Shown here: in pieces, positions 57,306 to 64,000 of the stretch
Numbering within the stretch: the stretch's first letter is position 1
Layout of the letters: every line of letters begins with the position of its first letter
Assembly (NCBI GenBank): GCA_012295275.1
Contig: CM022669.1
Coordinates: 18,414,001 to 18,478,000 of the forward strand
Direction: 5' to 3'
Length of the DNA: 64,000 nucleotides
DNA from: Chrysomallon squamiferum
Taxonomy: Eukaryota; Animalia; Mollusca
Position numbers and translations under genes: made by a program
Notes under the pieces: model-generated
Databases searched by the model: none
The model's input: only the letters and a program-made list of their open reading frames with translations
Told to the model about the DNA's origin: nothing

Positions 57306-60198
57306 TTCTACTTTTTATTTTCATTCTCTCTCAATATATATATATTTTCAAATAAATCACACACAAACAATTAATTAAATTCTAAATGTTAGTTCTGTTT
57401 CGTTCGTTTTTGTTAAATTTCATTTAACGAAACAAAGACAGTATTTAATAAATGTTATATTGGAACCAGCTTCATTCATTTGTTTTAAATTTCTTTTAAA
57501 TCATACTCAAAATAAAGATAAATAAACAAAATTTAATGACAAAGCAGTCTCAAAATTTCCATCCCTAGTTTGTATTGTCTTTATTTAATATTGTTTTCTA
57601 ATTATAAACTGAATACAATATAAATGAACAGCAATAACATTTAATTATAGATTAAATTATTGTTATTATTTTTAATTTATTTACAATTGAATGAATACAA
57701 GATATAACAATAATTTATTTCTCATTTAAGAAAGAATATTTACTACTTCTTTGAACTGCATTTAAATTACAGCAATAATAATTATATGATATATTATTTT
57801 TAAAATACTATTATTATTATTATTATTATTTTTATTATCATTTATAAATCTTTATTTACTTTTGTTTTAACATCGATTAAGCAGAAATAATTAATCTGGG
57901 AATTAAAAGATTTATTAACTATCGTTTTAAACTCGCATTTAACAAATAAATAATAATAATATATGATAGATTCATCAGTCAAAAAAAAATACTGTATTTA
58001 CTATTATTTTTAAAAAAGCATTTAATAGACAGTAACGGCATAGTAATACATTTGTCATATTTTTAAAAACGGCCTGCTAGTGATCATAATTATACCTTTT
58101 CTTTTTTTAATTTATTTTTTTAACTACTAATTAAGGGCGATGCTAAAAATATGATGCTATCCACTCTATCTCCTGTCATTTTACTATCTCTAATAACTAT
58201 CCTTTGTCACTAATAAATTACCCAGCTGTCATTGCGTCCTTCTCTTCAAAGTCTTCATTCATTCTTTTCAACCACAACTGTAATTAAATCGAATCATTTA
58301 GGCTTTCTTTTTCTCCGTTATGCTCAGAAGTGGTAAAACTGGATTTTTTTAAATTTTGCTTTTTTTTTGTTTTTTTTTTTACTAAATCAACGCAGACGCC
58401 ATCAAAAGAATGCAAACCGCAGGATCGCCCTTCCAGCTCATTAAGATGGCCGAAAAGCCATCGATCAGTGAAGGGACATTATCAAACTCAATCGAATCAA
58501 TTTTTGCGCTGTTCAATGAATAACAATTATGCTACATTGCGGCTTACATAAATCCACGCGAAATTGCCTGTCAGTGGCCTCGCGCAAATGGCGAGACCGC
58601 GTGATCCCGCGCGCGCGCTTTCTCGTCCAACCACAGAACCGCAGATCTGATGTTGTCGATTTCTCGGTGAACGCTGACAGCGATGATGAAAAAGAAGAAG
58701 AAGAAGGAGAAAAATAATAAAAAAAAAAGAAAGAAAGAAAAAAAACTTTTTTTCTTTGAACGGGATTATAGTGTAACAAAATTTATATTTTCTTTATTTC
58801 TGTCTTTTTAATCTTTGATAAAATTTGAATTGGACGGTTTGTTATTTAAAAAAAAAAAAAAAAAAAAAAAGAACTCTCCTTGGACTAATTACATAGCCGA
58901 CGAGGTTAACAACTGAGTGATAGTAATGAAATATTTCACACATTGTCATTTTGTTAAAACCGAACATTATGTATAACTGGAAATACTGAACCAATTTTGT
59001 GTCTTTTTGTACCTTTTTACTTTTGTGTTTTTTTTTTTTTTTTTCCGGAATATCTTCCAGAAACACTAATATGATTATTAATAAAATATGAACTCCCCAA
59101 AACCCACATATACATGAATAAATGAATGAATGAACGAAAACTGTTTGTTATTTTCTTAGTAATGCACGTTTTTTCATATAATTATGTATGTACATATAAG
59201 CTCGTATGCGTGGGTGCGTGTGTGCACGTGCGCATCGATGGGTGTGGGTGTGTGTGCGTGCAGTTTGAGAAGAGTCTTCCCAACTGAAATGATTATGATA
59301 CTTTAAGCACAGCCAGGTCCGTGTCAGTATACGTGCATCTTGACACACACAAACATAATTACAATAATTGTTATTTTATTTATTTTTAAAAAAAAGAAGA
59401 AAAAAGAATGACACACCTGTTACACACCCACCCACGGCTCACCCAGCACCGTCCTTCACGCACGCAGAATACTGCGGTGTATCGCACATACATACCCCCG
59501 CCTCGCCGCATGCATTTATTCCGCCCGGCCGATAACGGCGCGAATCTGCACGTGTGCAGGCTGATCCTCCGGCTAAATGTCGTCTGCTCCGCGGCGGAGC
59601 TTGTTAATCACCGATAACACCTGCTAACAAACCGCGGCGGTGTAAGTAAAAACGTGTATTATTTAGACTAACATAAACACATAAATAGCTGCCCTTCGCG
59701 AACATTGCTCCGGCCACTTAGTAACGATATATCACCTACTTACAGCACTGACCCAGACAAACACTACCTCCCCCCTCCCACACACACACACACTCATTCA
59801 CTCCATTTCAATCTTGGCCATATGATCCGTCGGTCACTTGAGGTCAATAACTTACAATATCTACCTCTAGATCGGTCCTAGTGACCCAGTAACCAGGTCA
59901 AAACGATCCCCGTCATAACTGATTTCAAAAGCCGGGGTAGCTTGTAGTTGGTAAATTATTCAGAGCCATAGAAAGAAAATAAATCCGTGATCTTAACGTT
60001 ATTTAAAAACCCTAAAAAAAACCTGATGAATTGAAAGAAACCAATTGGTATTCGAGTTATTAAACTGAAAAATATGAAGCTAACATTACATGTAGTATAA
60101 TATAATTAATTTTGATACGAAAAATAATTAAAAAATACATTAGTAATTATATATTAATCGGATCTGCATTAAACCACTATTTTCTAAATGCGATACAA

Positions 60199-60201
<3 letters not shown>

Positions 60202-60287
<86 letters not shown>
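60202..60287. repeat. (TC)n-(AC)n microsatellite
   Basis: Direct reading. Confidence 0.98.
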
Positions 60288-60428
60288 TCCAAATTTAAAA
60301 AAAAAATTGTAATTTATTGCAGATATAAATCATATATTACTGATTTATCTGATTCAAATCTAAAAAATTAATTATTATATTTAATATAATAACACACACA
60401 GGCACACACACACACACACACACACAGG

Positions 60429-60460
<32 letters not shown>

Positions 60461-60828
60461 GGTCATAATTACTAACTTATATTGGTGTTAAATCGGGTCG
60501 GGACTTTCAGTTCGACAGATCGAGAAATCGACGTTGAGTTTAGCAAGGTTGACTGTAAACATGACAAGGTACAAATACAATTTGTTTTTAAATCGTGTGC
60601 ATGCAACTTTCCCCAGACGTGTTACGACGAGTCCTGTAATGGAAGATATTAACAGCTCACTGGGGGTTGAGGAATCGAGAAGATACATGCGCAGAAAACT
60701 GAACCATTCTTCTTAGATTTGTTGTTACCTCATAATTAACTGAGAATACGATCTAGCACGGTGTACGTTCCTGATCTGATAACAATCTTAGTCACTTACC
60801 CTTCCAAACAATCCTCGTATTTAATTAC

Positions 60829-60859
<31 letters not shown>

Positions 60860-61603
60860 AAAAAAAAATCAATAAAAAGAGAAAGAAAGAAAAGAAAACG
60901 AAAGAAAGAAAGAAAGAAAGAAAAACACCTATATATTCCAAACAAACGTTAATCTTTAATGAATTTTCTTGACGCCAGAGGTTTTAAATTTAACAATTTC
61001 CACCTGACATAATTTTTTTTTTTTTTTTTTTTAAATCCGCCAAAACGAGAAATTGTCTTCTGTTGCGCGAACCGATGTGTTACAAATAGTCTTGTATTGT
61101 TCGCGAATAAAAGGATAGCATTTTGGCGAGTGAGAACGTGGTCACGTATACGACCAGCCCTGATATTCAATGCTAAGTTTTGTGTGATATTCTGTCTTTG
61201 ACAAATGACTTTCCTTCGTTCTGGATGACATAAGTGCTTTACTGGTGACGCTCGTTTTCGGGTGCTGTAAATTGTTTGCTTATGGTTTCGTTAATTGTTT
61301 TCGCATGATAGAGCGTGTTTGTGCTAAATGTTTTTTTTTTTTTTTCTTTTTCTTTTTTTTTTAATGACTTTAAATAATAAAATAGTGAAGAAGATCTTGA
61401 GTACAGGTCACAGCATGAAAAACAATTAAAAAACAAACAAAAGCATTCAGACAGAACCCCCCCACAGACAAAAACCCACCAAATAAAGAAAAATAAAGAA
61501 GAAGAAAAAAGTGTGTGTGATTTTGTATGTGTATATATGTATGTATGTTTGTGTGTATACATTCGTACATACACACACACACACAGATGTAGAGAGCTAT
61601 AAG

Positions 61604-61607
<4 letters not shown>

Positions 61608-61686
<79 letters not shown>
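61608..61686. repeat. (GA)n microsatellite
   Basis: Direct reading. Confidence 0.99.
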
Positions 61687-61691
<5 letters not shown>

Positions 61692-62388
61692 ATGGGTAAA
61701 AAAAACCTTTGAAGCCATGTTTAGGAAAGAAATAATGTGTTCTGTAAAATTCTATAAATAAACATTGATATGAATTAGTAAATGTAATAAATAATAACTA
61801 TTATTAAAAATTCGATTCATGTTACTTTGATGTGAGTTCGGTTCCGTATTCTGTACGTATCCGAATTATTATTTATATTTTATTTTGTTAAACACTGAAA
61901 GTATACTACTCTTTCTTTCTTTCTGTCTATTAGTAAATATCATCTAAATATAGCTTCATGAAATAGTACTCGTTCAAGACATAGTATGAAAAAGAACAAC
62001 TGAACAAAATACAAGGAATACAAATTATTTATTAAAATATTATAAGCAGAAAGATTAGTTTTTTTGTGTTTTCCTGTCATGACTTCTGATATCAAACGCG
62101 AACAAAGGACAGAAGATTACCATAGATTTAAACATACTTGTAGAAGAAAACAAAATATATGCTGGGTTTAAAAACCCTCATTAGCCAAATAGTAATTAAT
62201 TAATTAATTAATTCTGATTACTGTGGGTGAAAAACGAGCAGAATTATAATTGAAAAGACTTCGTTATGATTAGCGTTTTCAATAAATGAACTCCAAATAA
62301 CCTTTTTCTAATTTTCTAATTCTTGGAGGCTGTGAAATCAAAAAGGAAGAGAAAAAATATATAAAAATTAATAATAATAATAATAATA

Positions 62389-62437
<49 letters not shown>

Positions 62438-62849
62438 AACAAAAATAAATGGCTTTTAAAATCTCACCTCCTCTGCGATCGGTGAATCGTGTTTTTAATA
62501 AATAAAAATAATTTTTTGTTAGTTAATATTTTAAAATATAATCGACCTCCTGAAATATCGACATCATTATTTTTTTAAATCATTTTTACCATAACAATAA
62601 CAACAAACAAAAAAAACAAAAAAAAAAAAAAAAAAAAAAAAAAAGAAAGAAAGAAAGAAGTTAGGCCACAAACGTAGATCTTAAAGAATCCTGTATACAT
62701 AATTATCCTTCGATTTTCACCCAATATAACTCTAAATTAATATTTAAAAATCTAATAACCACCATTTTCAAACTTGACTTGTAACAGTTTTTTGACAGGA
62801 CAACAAACTAGCGATCTAAACTTATAAAAACATACGCACTCTTTTCTTA

Positions 62850-62910
62850 TCGCAGCCATTTTGGCGCAAGAATTTAAACATGACGTCATCCTTGGCAACA
62901 TTATGACGTT
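62850..62910. promoter_or_regulatory. Compact promoter-like cluster (YY1, CRE, RFX X-box-like), possibly bidirectional
   Basis: GCCATTTT 62855-62862, TGACGTCA 62881-62888, GTCATCCTTGGCAAC 62885-62899. Confidence 0.5.
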
Positions 62911-62964
62911 CTCAGTTGACAATGTACCGTGTTTTGTGAGTGATATTGGATTACTTATTTACAG

Positions 62965-63042
62965 AAGAACATAAACATTTAGATGATTTAGATTCGTTTA
63001 TTATGGATTTACTTTATAATGAAGTTCAGAAGAATACAAAAG
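62965..63042 (+). CDS. Candidate coding exon of an unknown gene ((E)EHKHLDDLDSFIMDLLYNEVQKNTK), or a first exon coding from ATG 63003
   Basis: Acceptor TTACTTATTTACAG|, 78 nt (phase 1-1) open, protein-like composition, consensus donor AAG|GTAAGT. Confidence 0.4.
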
Positions 63043-64000
63043 GTAAGTAAGTATAACAATTCATTAATTACTTATGCAGTTTTAATCATTTTAATCAAAC
63101 TTTAAAAGACACGAGACCAACACTTTTCGTTGCTAGGTGTCAGCCATTCGTTACTGCAATATCACTGCACTTACTGCACATTACTGAATATGACAAACAC
63201 AAAGTTATAATTATTATATATATAATTGGCTTATTTTATCAAAAGCATTGCTATATTATTTTTAAAAAACATGAATATTATTCCTAAGTGGAATATGGCT
63301 GAATGACTAAAACTGACATAAGATTTGGGTTCTATATATTTATATTTTTAACTTTGTGTTTATTATGGCAATGGCTAGTAGTAATGTTTGTTTCAGATTG
63401 AGAGTTTACCTATATATATATTTTGTTTTTTATTATTATTTTTAATGTTTGGGGTATGAAGAATTTTGAATATTTTTGTGTACAATAATAATTATTATAA
63501 GTTGTAGTATAAAAATATAATAATTATTAATACTGAAATTTACTTACTATTTACATTGTAGTAAGCCTGGACGTATATCACAAACATGCATACCAAATTG
63601 CAGTTAATATTTTTAACATTTATTTTACACGCAATTTTTTACACATAACTATTCTTGATGTGCGTAGAATGTACTTGTACAATTTCAAAATTAAAAAGCA
63701 ATGTTTATCAAAAAAAAATAAAAAAATAAAAAAAAAAAAAAAAAAAGAAAAAAAACATTGTGAAAAACATGATATTTTAAAACATAATGTAATTCAAAAC
63801 TTTCTTAATTATATATAAGATAAAATAAAATTACATTAATTTTATGAACCAACTGATTTTCTTTTTGTGACAATAGATTCACCACAATCATTTTACTGTT
63901 GGTTCAAATAAATGAATAAATTTAATAATAATAATAATAAAATAAAATAATAAAAATATTAAAAATGAATAATTTAATAAATAAATAAATACATTCAAAA

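Noticed and set aside
62842-62859. Minus-strand MAAIRK, identical to the N-terminus of RhoA/Rho1
   Set aside because: It continues ECVCFYKF rather than KLVIVGDGACGKT, and I found no Rho-like exon in the window

Overview
Very AT-rich, microsatellite-saturated eukaryotic DNA, most likely from an invertebrate animal (mollusc- or decapod-like; this is inference and the taxon cannot be fixed from sequence). I recognise no protein-coding gene, RNA gene, CRISPR array or autonomous transposon. Essentially all ORFs in the supplied track are translations of simple repeats or chance ORFs. The window alternates roughly every 1-2 kb between CpG-retaining complex islands and low-complexity spacers. The islands are rich in textbook TF motifs (nuclear-receptor DR1/DR2/DR4/IR3, CRE, E-box, ETS, YY1, Runx, GLI), which looks like a gene desert or very large intron acting as a regulatory landscape. 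The firmest observations are: a ~190-bp ~96% identical dispersed duplication (19530-19730 / 41956-42143), with one copy running directly into a 34-bp minisatellite; a 39-bp minisatellite (37219-37539); a same-strand cluster of ten GGTC half-sites (44529-44676); promoter-like motif clusters near 23 kb, 33.5 kb, 34.5 kb and 62.9 kb; and a few low-confidence short exon candidates. I cannot support a claim of a novel biological system. The best leads are listed as findings. All motif counts were made by eye and are minimum values.
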